Below, one piece after another: positions 35,470 through 47,354 of a stretch of 64,000 nucleotides of DNA; position 1 is the stretch's first letter, and every line of letters starts with the position of its first letter. The stretch comes from Vairimorpha necatrix (Eukaryota): assembly GCA_036630325.1 (NCBI GenBank), contig CP142730.1, positions 1,116,001 to 1,180,000 on the forward strand. The letters run 5' to 3'. The notes below the pieces were generated by a model, which was given only the letters and a program-made list of their open reading frames with translations, ran no database searches and was not told the origin of the DNA. The position numbers were made by a program, and so were the translations under genes.

Positions 35470-35781
35470 TTGGGGGTCGAAAAAATTTCAAAAGAAAAAA
35501 AAGGCGAAAATGTTTGATGTTCTTTCAAAAGAAATTGAACCCTTTAAAGCTCAAGAAAAACATATTCTTTTTTTAAAAAAAAAATTTAAATAATCTTAAA
35601 AAATTAATTAAAAACGGACAAAGCAAAATGATACGAATAAAATGTTTTTCTGATATACCATAAATAATAAGTTTATTAATAAAACTAAGCACATAATAAT
35701 TCATCTATAAAAACATCTTGAAACATTTAATCTATGAAGTAGAATTTGATATAAAACAAAACAAAATAGACAATAAAAAAA

Positions 35782-38292
35782 ATGACACTTCTAAACAAAA
35801 TGAATTTTCTATTTTTATTAAGTTGTATTTACACTAATAAAACTAAAAAGAGACTAGACAAAGAAATAATTCCAATTCACTACGATTTAAAATTTAATAT
35901 AACGCCAGAAAAATTCGAAGGTTCAACTGTCGCCACTGTAAAAACTTCAAGAGACACGAACAATATAATTTTAAATGCGAAAGATTTGAATATTCAATCA
36001 GTTAAAGTAGAAAACAAAGACGAGGTCAAAGTCAAAGAATTTACAATTAAAGACGATCTGCTAAAAATTTCTCTTGCAGAGCCACTTAGAAAAGACGAAA
36101 CTTACAAGTTAACATTTAATTTTCATGGGAAATATTCAGACGAAATGGATGGAATTTATAAAAGCAGTTACAACGGCAAGCCGCTTTATTCCACACAATT
36201 CGAACCAACCTCAGCAAGGAAGGCATTTCCTTGCTTTGATCAGCCAGACATGAAGGCAACTTTCTCAATAACAATTAAAGCTCCTGAAAATCATACAGTC
36301 TTGTCAAATTCATCTTTGGATAAAAAAGAAGGAAATTCATATTTATTTAATTATACCAAACCTATGTCAACATATCTTGTCGCATTTGTAGTAGGCCAAT
36401 TGGAATACATTCAAGCATCAACTTCCACTAACATACCCATCGCCGTATACGCAGACAAATCTGATATTAAAAACGGAAAATTGGCTTTAGACGTGGCGAA
36501 ATTTACTCTTGACTTCTTTCAAGATTATTTTCAAATAAATTATCCATTTCCTAAACTCGATCTGGTTGCAATACCAGAATTCGCCATGGGAGCTATGGAA
36601 AACTGGGGACTGGTCACTTTTAGAAAGACGTCTTTATTATTTAATCCGAAAACTGACGCGGTAGCTTCTAAATTAAATGTCATTGAGACAGTTTGTCATG
36701 AATTGGCTCACATGTGGTTTGGTAATTTTGTAACAATGAATTGGTGGAATGATTTGTGGCTTAATGAAGGATTCGCGACTTGGGCATCTGTCATGGCTTT
36801 TCATAATTTGCCAAAATCCATTATCGATTTCGATATTTGGACTAATTTCGTAAATTCGACACTCGAAGATGGAATGGAATACGATGCTCTACACAGTTCA
36901 CATCCTATTGCCGTGGAAGTTCAAGATCCAAATGAAATTAATCAAATTTTTGATAAAATTTCATATAACAAAGGTGCTTCATTAATAAGAATGATAGAAA
37001 ATTACGTAGGTCATAAAAATTTTAGAAAAGGAATACAAAATTATTTGAATCATTTTAAATATTCTAACTCCGAGTCTGATGATTTTTTTGGTTTTCAATA
37101 TAATTCTCAAGTAACAACAAAAATGGCACAATCTTGGCTAAACCAAAAAGGATTTCCTTTGATAAAAGTAGAAGAAAAAGATAAAAACTTGATAATTAGC
37201 CAAAAAAGATTTTTATCTGGAGAGAAAAAAGACGAAAATAAACTTTGGATTGTGCCGATAACAATAAAATTTGAAAATGAAAATCCAAAGACTTTGATTT
37301 TAGATAATCAAAGTATAAAAATTCCCATGACTAGTGATATTTATAAATTAAACATTTCTAACGTCGGCTTTTACAGAGTTCTTTACGGCCAGCGGACATT
37401 TGAAAGAATTTTTAAAAAATTTGATAATAACAAAGAAAGACTTAATATTATAAATGACTTATTTGCACTAGCGTATGCGAATTATGTCGATATAAATTGG
37501 GTAGTGAATTTCTTGACTTCTTCGTCTATTGATTACGATTACGAGACTCTAAATTCCATATTGTCTGGTCTAAGAAAGCTATGTAGGATTTATTATGAAG
37601 ATAAAAAAATAATTGAAAGTATAAAAAAAGCTATAAAAAATATTATTGAGCCATATATCTTAGAAATAGATCTAGAAAAAAATAGTGAAGATATTACCGC
37701 TAAATTGTTCAATAGCTTGATCGTATCTAATGCATTATTTGTAGGTAATCAAAATATCAAAGACAAATTGAAAAAACTTTTTATTGACTTCAAAACAGGC
37801 GAAAAAAATATTTGCCCGGATTATATTTACCCGATGATGGTCTCTGTGGTCGATGACAACCTTGACGATGTGATCAATATTGCTAAAAATTCCATTTTAT
37901 CAAATATAAGAATTATGGCCATGAGAGCACTTGGAGCTGCGCAAAATGTCGACAATATAAAAAAAGTCTTAAATTTGTATAGCGAGTTAGACAGACAAGA
38001 CATAAGTTACTATTATTTTGGATTAAGTAAAAATATAAGTCATCAAAAAATGATAATAAGTTTTTTTATTGACAATTTTGATAAAATTAGTTCATATATT
38101 ATAAATCAGAGTATTATTAATTCTTCTATGTCTCATGTCTTGAGTGAAATCTCTGATTCGAAATTGGCAAGTCAAATTTCTAATTTTGTAAAAAAATTTA
38201 GCGAAAATTTGACTGTACAAAAAATAATAGAAACTAATGAAATTTTTAAAAATTTTAAAGAAAAGAACCCAAAAATAACAATAAAATATTAA
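35782..38292 (+). CDS. M1 family zinc aminopeptidase
   Basis: Motifs GAMENWG, HELAH(x18)E (WLNEGFA), YNKGAS. Hydrophobic N-terminus; the start may be 35800. Confidence 0.96.
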   Translation: MTLLNKMNFLFLLSCIYTNKTKKRLDKEIIPIHYDLKFNITPEKFEGSTVATVKTSRDTNNIILNAKDLNIQSVKVENKDEVKVKEFTIKDDLLKISLAEPLRKDETYKLTFNFHGKYSDEMDGIYKSSYNGKPLYSTQFEPTSARKAFPCFDQPDMKATFSITIKAPENHTVLSNSSLDKKEGNSYLFNYTKPMSTYLVAFVVGQLEYIQASTSTNIPIAVYADKSDIKNGKLALDVAKFTLDFFQDYFQINYPFPKLDLVAIPEFAMGAMENWGLVTFRKTSLLFNPKTDAVASKLNVIETVCHELAHMWFGNFVTMNWWNDLWLNEGFATWASVMAFHNLPKSIIDFDIWTNFVNSTLEDGMEYDALHSSHPIAVEVQDPNEINQIFDKISYNKGASLIRMIENYVGHKNFRKGIQNYLNHFKYSNSESDDFFGFQYNSQVTTKMAQSWLNQKGFPLIKVEEKDKNLIISQKRFLSGEKKDENKLWIVPITIKFENENPKTLILDNQSIKIPMTSDIYKLNISNVGFYRVLYGQRTFERIFKKFDNNKERLNIINDLFALAYANYVDINWVVNFLTSSSIDYDYETLNSILSGLRKLCRIYYEDKKIIESIKKAIKNIIEPYILEIDLEKNSEDITAKLFNSLIVSNALFVGNQNIKDKLKKLFIDFKTGEKNICPDYIYPMMVSVVDDNLDDVINIAKNSILSNIRIMAMRALGAAQNVDNIKKVLNLYSELDRQDISYYYFGLSKNISHQKMIISFFIDNFDKISSYIINQSIINSSMSHVLSEISDSKLASQISNFVKKFSENLTVQKIIETNEIFKNFKEKNPKITIKY

Positions 38293-38403
38293 TTTTATAA
38301 AAATTTTAAACATGACATGGTTTTTAAATCCTTTTGGAAGATCTTTAAATATTCCAGTGAATCACACCACTAGTTTACAATAATCTTTCTTACACCCCCG
38401 TAA

Positions 38404-38739
38404 ATGTCAATACATTTTTTACTTAAACTACCATATGATTGCTCTGAAGATTTATTAGAAAAATCTTACAAAAAAAAAATTATAGAACTGCATCCAGACA
38501 GATCTAAAAAGAACACACTTGATCAATACTATGAAATAAGGAAGGCTTATAATAAATACAAGAATAATTTATTGGATGATAATTTCTATTTACAATGTTT
38601 TATTGAAGATGTCGATACGCTCATTTGTCGATGTGGTACTTATTTTGATAGATCGAACTTAGTCCACGATCGTATTGAGTGCGAAACATGTTCATGTTTC
38701 ATTATTGTATGTCCAAAAATCAAACTTATACAAAATTAA
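38404..38739 (+). CDS. DPH4: J-domain plus CSL zinc-finger protein (Dph4/Jjj3-like)
   Basis: LHPDR J-domain motif; CRCG...CETCS. Confidence 0.8.
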   Translation: MSIHFLLKLPYDCSEDLLEKSYKKKIIELHPDRSKKNTLDQYYEIRKAYNKYKNNLLDDNFYLQCFIEDVDTLICRCGTYFDRSNLVHDRIECETCSCFIIVCPKIKLIQN

Positions 38740-38847
38740 TATGTTCACAAGTCTGATGTCCGTGTCCAATAATAGGCAAAATCAACTGACACAATTGTAA
38801 ATATTATGATTGTTTGGGATATAAAGAAAGATATATAAATAAACAAA

Positions 38848-39288
38848 ATGCTTTTCATTCTTTTGTCTGTTATTCCATTTATAATTACAAGAAAACATGC
38901 TCATCATGCAAGTAAGTTGAGGCCCGTTGTTACTTATGATAGACTAAACGTTTCTAACCACGAACTCAAAAAAATTTTAAGAAATGAATTAGTAGACGTA
39001 CTGCCTGCTATCAGTGAACAATTTGAAACAAATTTTAGGAATAGGAATATTGATTTTGACAATTATAGAGATCTCATTTTTGTTTCTAAGCGTGTCCGTC
39101 AAAATGGTGGACGAAAAAAAATCGAATACACAGTAACAGAAAAGATAATTCCTAAAAACAATGAAATTGAACAAACAAAATATGTCAATAATGATATAAC
39201 AGTCTGGTATGTTGTATCATTTTTCTTTTTATTAGGATTAGGATTTACTTTTTTATTAAAGTATAAAAAAATCAATATAATTAAATAA
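38848..39288 (+). CDS. Hypothetical protein with signal peptide and C-terminal TM helix
   Basis: Hydrophobic termini and a basic tail. Confidence 0.65.
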   Translation: MLFILLSVIPFIITRKHAHHASKLRPVVTYDRLNVSNHELKKILRNELVDVLPAISEQFETNFRNRNIDFDNYRDLIFVSKRVRQNGGRKKIEYTVTEKIIPKNNEIEQTKYVNNDITVWYVVSFFFLLGLGFTFLLKYKKINIIK

Positions 39289-39329
39289 TTAGAAATTAAA
39301 ATTTTTATAACTCAACTTTTTTATTTTAG

Positions 39330-40574
39330 TTATCCTATTTCCAGTTGTATTTTACTCATTCTAAATTTATAGATTACATTCCATTTGAGATAATCAGTTA
39401 AACTGTCAAACTTGAAAAAATGAAATCCATCACAAGTTTTAAACGCTATGTGAAGCGAATCGAGCTCAAATTCGGCTGATCTAGAATCTTTTCTTAAGAA
39501 CATGGTGTACCCATTAGGTGTCTCCTTGATATTTGTTATTATTTTGTCAGATATATCAACTAAATCTTCATCTTCAGGAATTGGCATAGAGCAGAATTTA
39601 AACATTTTGCATTTTAATTTCTTCTTACAAATGTATAACGGACTTTGAAATATATCAATTGTATATTTTTTAGCTAGAAATGCGTCAAAGTCTTCCGGAT
39701 GTTGTAAATCTCCAGAACTTTCGTTCATTACGATATTTTTACTCTTTTTTTGTATTTTTGATTTATAAACTGTTATTAAATTCTCTTTGAATGATATCCA
39801 ATTGTCTGTGTAGTACCCCTTACTGCACATTTTATGGACTTTACCAATTACTGTCTTAAATTTCATGTCGTTAAATGTCAATATATCTTTTATATGTATA
39901 AGGCCAGGGTTCTTTTCAATAACAAATCTTCTTAAAGGAACATTAGTATCAGGTCTCTTATTCTGTTGTATAGTTCTTGTTTTAGCTTCGCTTATTAGAC
40001 CAAAGGTACTTATAGGCATTGATGAATTATCATAATAACTATCATCTGGATAACTTTTCAGAAATACTTTTTTACAAGATATTGGTGCGTCAATTTTAGT
40101 TATTAGTATGTTAAAAGGCCTTGACTCGATTTCTTCTCCTCTATCTGCGTCTTCATACCCATTATTATGTATAGTTACTTGGGTTTTTTCATTTATATTT
40201 AATTCATCGTAATCGCTATTTGCATCAACACATTCAGAATCTACTAAATTGTGTTCGTTACACAAATCTATACTATCATTTTCGTTACTTGGTTCTTCAT
40301 GATCTATTAGTTTCTTGTTTTCAATATATTTATTTAGATTTTTAACGGATTCAGCATATGGATTTTTTTCTAATATATAGGCGTCTAATAAAGATTCAAA
40401 TGCAGTATCCTCTTCATATTCACTAGATTCTATTGTAGAATCCGAATTGACCTTATTGTTGTTGTAACTTATCCATTCATCAATATATTTTAATCCATCA
40501 TATTTCGTAGTATCTACTACTTTTTCCTCGACATTCATATTGCCGTTATTTGATTCAATACTTTTATCTTGCAT
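39330..40574 (-). CDS. Hypothetical protein, possible C-terminal PH-like domain
   Basis: 414-aa ORF with an acidic N-terminus; GKVHK...W...F and HFFKFDS..DYLKW pattern. Confidence 0.65.
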   Translation of the reverse strand: MQDKSIESNNGNMNVEEKVVDTTKYDGLKYIDEWISYNNNKVNSDSTIESSEYEEDTAFESLLDAYILEKNPYAESVKNLNKYIENKKLIDHEEPSNENDSIDLCNEHNLVDSECVDANSDYDELNINEKTQVTIHNNGYEDADRGEEIESRPFNILITKIDAPISCKKVFLKSYPDDSYYDNSSMPISTFGLISEAKTRTIQQNKRPDTNVPLRRFVIEKNPGLIHIKDILTFNDMKFKTVIGKVHKMCSKGYYTDNWISFKENLITVYKSKIQKKSKNIVMNESSGDLQHPEDFDAFLAKKYTIDIFQSPLYICKKKLKCKMFKFCSMPIPEDEDLVDISDKIITNIKETPNGYTMFLRKDSRSAEFELDSLHIAFKTCDGFHFFKFDSLTDYLKWNVIYKFRMSKIQLEIG

Positions 40575-43204
40575 TTATTTAATTAAATTTACTCTTTTTA
40601 TATTTTTACTCCTTTAAGTTTTCTCCTTATTTTAATGTTTAGAATTAAAGCTTTCTTATTCAATAATAATGACTAAGTGTGTCAGAGTTCAAAATTTACC
40701 TATTATTATACTTATTTAAAATATTTAAATTAAATTGATTTTACAATAAAAAGTTAGTTCTATAATCAAAAGTTTTTTGGTTAAGTTACATGTATTTATA
40801 TTTTGTTTAATGAATAAAACGGTATTTATTAAAAAAATCTCTATTTTCTGTCGGAATAAATTTCTACATACAAATTATTTGTAATTGCTATGAGATAAAA
40901 ATTAAATCAGTATTGGTCATTCAGTTGTGAGTCTCATATTTAATTGATGTTTCATTAAACCAATAATTTTCCTATTGGTACAAAATTTTTTCAATTTACT
41001 AATTGTTATAATCATTTTAAATATATTAGCATACATGTAAAGGTATTTATTATCATAAGAAATAAATATTCGAATAAAGTTAAAATTTTTAGATAGATTA
41101 GTTATTGTCCTGTATAGACGGGACTTTGCTATATTTATAATAGCTTTCTAAATAATTTTTAATATTATATAATTTATTGATGGTTTCTCTATTTCTCTTA
41201 TACTCCATATATACCATACCCTTCACAGACAGACTTTCTTTTATAGTTTATTTTTAATTTATTAATTGTTGTCAACGCTAAACACAAACATTGGCGTACT
41301 TACGAATGTAGTAACGACCATCCAACTTTCGTTTGTTTGTTTGTTTGTGTGACTCATCATTACATGCCGTTTAAGATGTTTGACAGCTGATCGTTTTGAC
41401 AGTTGTCTATGTGATGTAGTCATGTACATCACAGTTATGTAAAAGTAAATACGGCTTTACGGATCCTTTACTATGTATTTAATTAACTATTAATACTTGA
41501 GATATTTAAATTGATAATACTATCTAATAGATAACGATTTAAAAAATCTAAAAAAGATCTAGTTATCGTCAAGCAAACTAATGTACGAAAAACAGGTATC
41601 TTTTTGTACACATTATTAATATTCTTGGTACTTAGTTACTAAAAAAACAAGGCAATAAAATTAAGTTCAATATAATTGTAAAGTTCCTATGCATCTTAGT
41701 TTGCTATTTTACCATTTACTTAATGAGGTTTTGACTACGATATATTACATTTAATTTTTCGGATTGTGGATGTTTATTCATTTTTAATACTAGATAAAAT
41801 ATGTTAGGTAGTTGTATATAAATATTATTGTATTATTTGTCATAGAATTTCAAATATAACGTTGGGTGCATTTTAACCGCAGAAAACCTCTTTTTTATTT
41901 CATTATTAAAGATTCAAAAACTAGCAAATTTATCATTGATTCTCTTACGTTCACATATTTAGAATATTTTATTCCCTTTGTTCAATAGTTTATTATTTAG
42001 TAATAAAGTAAATATTTCTTTATAAATTTTTTTAATTATATTATTAATTTAAACATTGTAGATCTCACCATAAAAATTAAAATAACATTGTAATACTTAT
42101 CAAAAAACATTTATGATAAAATCCGAGTTTTTAAATTTAGTTGAACAATAATTACACAACCTAAATTTCAAAGTGAACTTTTTTGTGTTGAATTTACATC
42201 TATATGGATGTATGGTATTGTTACTAGATAATATGGAATATAAAAAGACATCGCGGTAATTTGGTGTAATTTAATTATATCTCATTAAGTGGTCATTCAA
42301 TACTACACAAAATATGAAAGGCTTATATATGTTTGGCGTTATCCTTTTCTTCATGCCCACAAATGTATATACAGTAACCGATGATTCAAACATTCAAGTC
42401 AACAATTCTTTGCAATATTCTTAAAAATTTACAAACGTTTATTTACACTATTATACATAGATACTACTTTACCGGGGGAAAATTTTAATGACTCTTTGTT
42501 ATAAAAAAAATTTTTATCGTTTTAATTATCACTACATTGTGCCAAAATCATTTGAACAATAGAAACAAAGTTACCAATAATGTTATATATTTTTTTTTAA
42601 ACATTCACTAAATCTTTAGATTAGGGGTGGTATACATTAGTTTAACAACGTCAAAGATCAGAATAAACAAATTTATCACCAATATAATATCTTCCTAGTT
42701 TATACAATCAGCTGAAAGATCAAAATAAGTGCGACCTGTTTATTTTTATAAATTACGAAAAAAGTTATAAGATTAATTTACGGCCTGATTAAAAATTTAT
42801 TGTGTGTTATAAAACTTCCCAATTTAGATTTGTTTAATAATCTGATTCTACCTTACAATAAAAAAATTATAAACTGTTGCTGATTAAAAAAATGTAAATT
42901 TTTTTGATTGTTATAGCTCGAATATACACATGATTTAGTGCAAAACAAATTTCTAATTTATTTTTTAATATTAGAAATAGTTGCATGTCCATTTTTTTGA
43001 TAAAATGTATTACATAAATAGTCAATGTGTTGATTTTTATTAAAAATATTTTCATTTTTGTTTTAAAGTTTAGTCATCGTATAGCTATTATTAACTTGTT
43101 TTGAATGGTATTGAGTCCTTTCGTATTAATGTAAATCATCTAAAAGCAATGTATTTTACTTAACCCGTTAAATATTCATTGTAATACATAAATTATGCCC
43201 TTTA

Positions 43205-43762
43205 ATGGAATACAACAAGGAAAAGAATGTTTTCTATGAAATTGACTATTCAAACAAGGTACTATTTTATGAAAATGAGTTGCCTCATGAAATAGATGAC
43301 AATATAAAATTAATAAATGTAAGAAACCAAGAATTTAAAGAGATTGTTATGGAAAAATACAAATTGAATAGCATCCCTGCTCTCATGTACTACAAGCAAG
43401 TTGTTTATCTTGATAAAGAAAATCTACAAGATTTGAAATTAAACAAAGACAATTTATTAAGAAACGAAATAACGAGAATAATAAATAGTGCTAAAATAGT
43501 ACTTTTTATGAAGGGTGAAATAGAAAATCCTTATTGTCAATTTAGTAGAAAAGTCGTTAGTATATTAAAAAAAGCTGGAGTGAACTTGGAAGATGTCGTT
43601 TACTATGATATTTTAATGAATGAAGAAGTAAGAGAAAAATTGAAAGAAATGAATGATTGGCCCACTTTTCCACAAATGTTTGTGAATGGTGAATTCATTG
43701 GAGGATGTGATATTTTAACATCAATGGATGAAAGAGGGGAAATTTATGAATTGCTTAACTAA
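43205..43762 (+). CDS. Monothiol glutaredoxin (Grx3/4-like) with a reduced Trx-like N-domain
   Basis: Motifs VLFMKG, PYCQFS, WPTFPQ, GGCDI. Confidence 0.92.
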   Translation: MEYNKEKNVFYEIDYSNKVLFYENELPHEIDDNIKLINVRNQEFKEIVMEKYKLNSIPALMYYKQVVYLDKENLQDLKLNKDNLLRNEITRIINSAKIVLFMKGEIENPYCQFSRKVVSILKKAGVNLEDVVYYDILMNEEVREKLKEMNDWPTFPQMFVNGEFIGGCDILTSMDERGEIYELLN

Positions 43763-44292
43763 ATTTATTTTTCTGTTCTAATTTTATATTTTTTAAATAT
43801 TGTTGTGCTTAATATATTCATTATACTGTTGTGGTTTTTAAGAAACATTAAAATATTATGTGATGTATGGATTTGTATATAATATTTTTGTTTATAAAAA
43901 TGGTAAAAGTAGTTGTGATTAAACAAATTGTTAATAAATTTTAAATGTAAAGTGTTCATTAAATATTTGTCTTTTGTAAAAAAACCGTTATGAGATTTTT
44001 GACGTTTTATTTTCATATCGAAAATAACGGTGTAAAATTATGATCAATTTTTATATGTTGATAATCTTTTTGTTGTCTTCAATGGATGGAGGAGCAAAAA
44101 AAGAAAACCGACATATCTCAATATTTACAACTGATCATAAAAAATTTAATTAATTTTTGATTTTCCGTTGAAAAATTAAAAAATCAAAAATGTTTACAAT
44201 AAAATTCCATACTAATTTATTTTATAGATTTTATTATTTTAAATATGATGTCGTTTTTTATTTAATTTTTCATTAATTTTTTCCCCTTTACA

Positions 44293-45198
44293 ATGGATCG
44301 AAATTTCATAACTGATCTTAACAAAGCTTTTTTACAAAAAGCCAACGAATTTGTTGAAGAAAATAAGCCAATTACAGAATTGTTTGAATTTTATAGAAAA
44401 TGTATGAAAAAAAATATCAAAGAAGATAATACATACTTTAAAGTAGACAAAAATTCCATCGAAAACAATGCTAATATTTCGCACCACATTCAAAGTTCCG
44501 ACAGCGACGAATTTAATTTGTTAAAAAATAAGTCTATCCAATTTAAAAATTTTAAGAAAAAAAACAGTAATCATGTTTGCTCAGAAACCGAGATCTACAA
44601 ATTCCTTGTACAGTATTATGATTATGAATGTCCGTATACAATTCCGACATATAAAAAACGAAAAGTCGTTGAAACGAACTTTGATAATGAAGATTTTACA
44701 TGGCCATTTTTGGAACCTCCAAAAAAACCAAGAACAGTTTTTGATTCTGGCCCGACCAGAGAAGAAGTTGGAGAATATAATAGAAGAATTTTTGCTGCTT
44801 ATACAGAATATTTGAATTATGAGAATGACGTTATACCATATACATGTAATCCTAATTTTATTGATGAAGATGCAGATGAAGAATTTTGTAATAATCACCA
44901 CGATCATCAATTTAAAGCCGAGATCGAATCTTATATTTATAATGGAACTGATTATATTTATCAAGATAAAGCAATAGTAAGAATAAGTAGAGATAAAGAT
45001 AATCAATTAGTATTCTCTCTTAAATGTGGTAAATATAATATTGAATCTTCTTTAGATAATTTTAAATTGTATTATATCGAACATGATGGCAAAGTCGATG
45101 TTTTGAATATGGAAAATTTTACTATTTCTAGATTGTTATTCAATAATGAAACTCATTCTAAAGAATTCTATAGCTATTTTGACGTACCATGTGAATAA
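44293..45198 (+). CDS. Hypothetical protein, possibly Nup2/Nup50-like
   Basis: N-terminal LNKAF..ANEFVEEN..ITELFEFY resembles a Nup2/Nup50 helical motif; the C-terminus has a PH/RanBD-like pattern. Confidence 0.45.
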   Translation: MDRNFITDLNKAFLQKANEFVEENKPITELFEFYRKCMKKNIKEDNTYFKVDKNSIENNANISHHIQSSDSDEFNLLKNKSIQFKNFKKKNSNHVCSETEIYKFLVQYYDYECPYTIPTYKKRKVVETNFDNEDFTWPFLEPPKKPRTVFDSGPTREEVGEYNRRIFAAYTEYLNYENDVIPYTCNPNFIDEDADEEFCNNHHDHQFKAEIESYIYNGTDYIYQDKAIVRISRDKDNQLVFSLKCGKYNIESSLDNFKLYYIEHDGKVDVLNMENFTISRLLFNNETHSKEFYSYFDVPCE

Positions 45199-45471
45199 AA
45201 TATTTAATTAAGTTTTTGTGTGTTATGTAAACAAAAAGAACAAACACGTCATTGTTTGCGTGAAAATAAAAATTTTCACAAAGATTTTAGGTTTTATAAA
45301 AAAGACAAATTTATACTCACAATGAACATTAAAAGATGCTTTATTTTATGTAATATGTAAGTAAAAACTATTACCATAGTCAATGACTTCGAAATATTTA
45401 AATTTTTTATACACAGTGTATAAAATGAAGTTAAACCATTTTTTAATTTAAAGATAGATAGCAAATATTTT

Positions 45472-46434
45472 TTATTCTAAAATATCAAAATATTCTTTTT
45501 CCTCGGAAGAGTTTTCAAATTTAACATGATTATGGTACAGAATAAGCTGCATGAGTGTTTTTTTAAAAAATCCATTTTTAAAGTCACAATCTTCTTTTAC
45601 GTACCAGTCCATGTTTTTTTCAACTTCTTTAATAATTAAGTCTTTTTCAAATAAGTGAAAGAAAGCACCCTCTGATCGTAAATCTATTAATTGATATTTA
45701 TAATTTTTTTTGTCAATTTTCGGATCATATCCAAATGAAACCCAGCAATTTCTAAATGGACCATCCATTACATAATATCTAAACATTGATATAATAGTTT
45801 TAATTTTTTCAGCTGCTATATTCAATTTTTTTGATTTTTTATATTCTTGAAATAATGCTTTAATTACAGAAAATGGCAGTATTAAGCACGGCAAACTATT
45901 TATAAAATGGCTAATGTCTTCGTCTACTTCTTCGTTATACAGCGGACTTACCGGAATTTTATCATTATAATAAACTCTTACACTTTCTGTTTTATTTTTA
46001 TATAATATTGTGTTTTTTGTTATCGTAAGTATTTTTGGTGTCATTTCATAATGATTAATAATCGGTGGATAGTATGGTGGAAACTTTTCAATTGTTATTT
46101 GACTTGTATCAAGTAAATTTGTAATATTACCGTCTATGAAAACATTACCTAATTTATTTTTAAACGCTAGGAAATCTGTATTATCAATATAAAAATCGAG
46201 AGGTCCTTCGAACTCGTATAAATTTGTTGTATGACCAATAATGTTTACATTATTATCTTCTATGTTTAATAGTAGTAATAAATCAGTGTTTCTTTTTTTT
46301 GTGGCATAAATCTTTTTAGAATCTAGCGTATCCATAATTCTAAATTCTATTTTATATTTATTGTAATGAAATATTAGTTTTGTATTTTCTCTGATTTTTA
46401 AAGGATAGTCGATAACATCAAAATTATTTTTCAT
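45472..46434 (-). CDS. TFIIIC subunit tau95/Tfc1 (GTF3C5-like)
   Basis: VIDYP near the N-terminus; YYVMDGPFRNCWVSFGYDPK...YQLIDLR. GGG precedes the ATG. Confidence 0.85.
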   Translation of the reverse strand: MKNNFDVIDYPLKIRENTKLIFHYNKYKIEFRIMDTLDSKKIYATKKRNTDLLLLLNIEDNNVNIIGHTTNLYEFEGPLDFYIDNTDFLAFKNKLGNVFIDGNITNLLDTSQITIEKFPPYYPPIINHYEMTPKILTITKNTILYKNKTESVRVYYNDKIPVSPLYNEEVDEDISHFINSLPCLILPFSVIKALFQEYKKSKKLNIAAEKIKTIISMFRYYVMDGPFRNCWVSFGYDPKIDKKNYKYQLIDLRSEGAFFHLFEKDLIIKEVEKNMDWYVKEDCDFKNGFFKKTLMQLILYHNHVKFENSSEEKEYFDILE

Positions 46435-47354
46435 CCCTCAAAAATTATAAAAAAATTAATATTTTGTAAAATATTTTTTAGTGTCTTTATATGGTAAATA
46501 TAATAATTTAAAAGTACTTTAATCATGTTTCTTATGTATAAAAAATGGTACCAAAAAACTGCATATTTTGTCTAATACAAATGTTTAAAAAATTTGTCTC
46601 TAATATAAACTCATGTACTTTTATTAAAAGACAATTTTATAAATATCTCTAATTGGTTTACTTACAAATTTTAAAAATTAAAAGGGGTTAGATATTAATT
46701 AACCGTTATTAAATTGATATTATTGGTGTTTCTTTTGTTAAAAAACCATTGATTCTTACAACAACAGAGCGTTATGTATAATTTTACATAAATAGCAAAT
46801 GTACAATATAAAAAAGTACTTTGTAGTTATATATCTTGAAATAGTAGTGTAAAAGAGTTTTTCGGCAATACATGACGTTTCTAAATAACAGTAAGAAAGA
46901 AATTGGTAGAACTTGTTAATAAAAGCTCTTAGAATTCAAAAAAATGACACTTTGTTTGTTAAACAATATTTATGATTTGAAGTAAAAAAATCTATACAAT
47001 TTATATCGCATATTTCGGCACTCCAATGCAATGTCTGGTCTTTAACATCGTTAAGCTATTTTACAGAATTTGATGATTTCTGAGCAATTCTAATCTTCAT
47101 ATTTTAGTCTCTACTTATTGCATCTGGTTTGCGTAAATCCTGTTTTTTAAAATTTAAACTAAAAATAAATGAAAAAGAGAAGACAAATAAATTCGTTAAA
47201 AATTTTATACAAGTTTGAAGATGGACATATAATGAATATATCAATAAAATGCTCAACATTCTCAAATAACAAAAAAATCAATAAATTAATAAAACTTTAT
47301 TAATTTTTTTTAAAATACCGTTTTTTATTTAACTTTATTTCTCTACCCTTTAAT

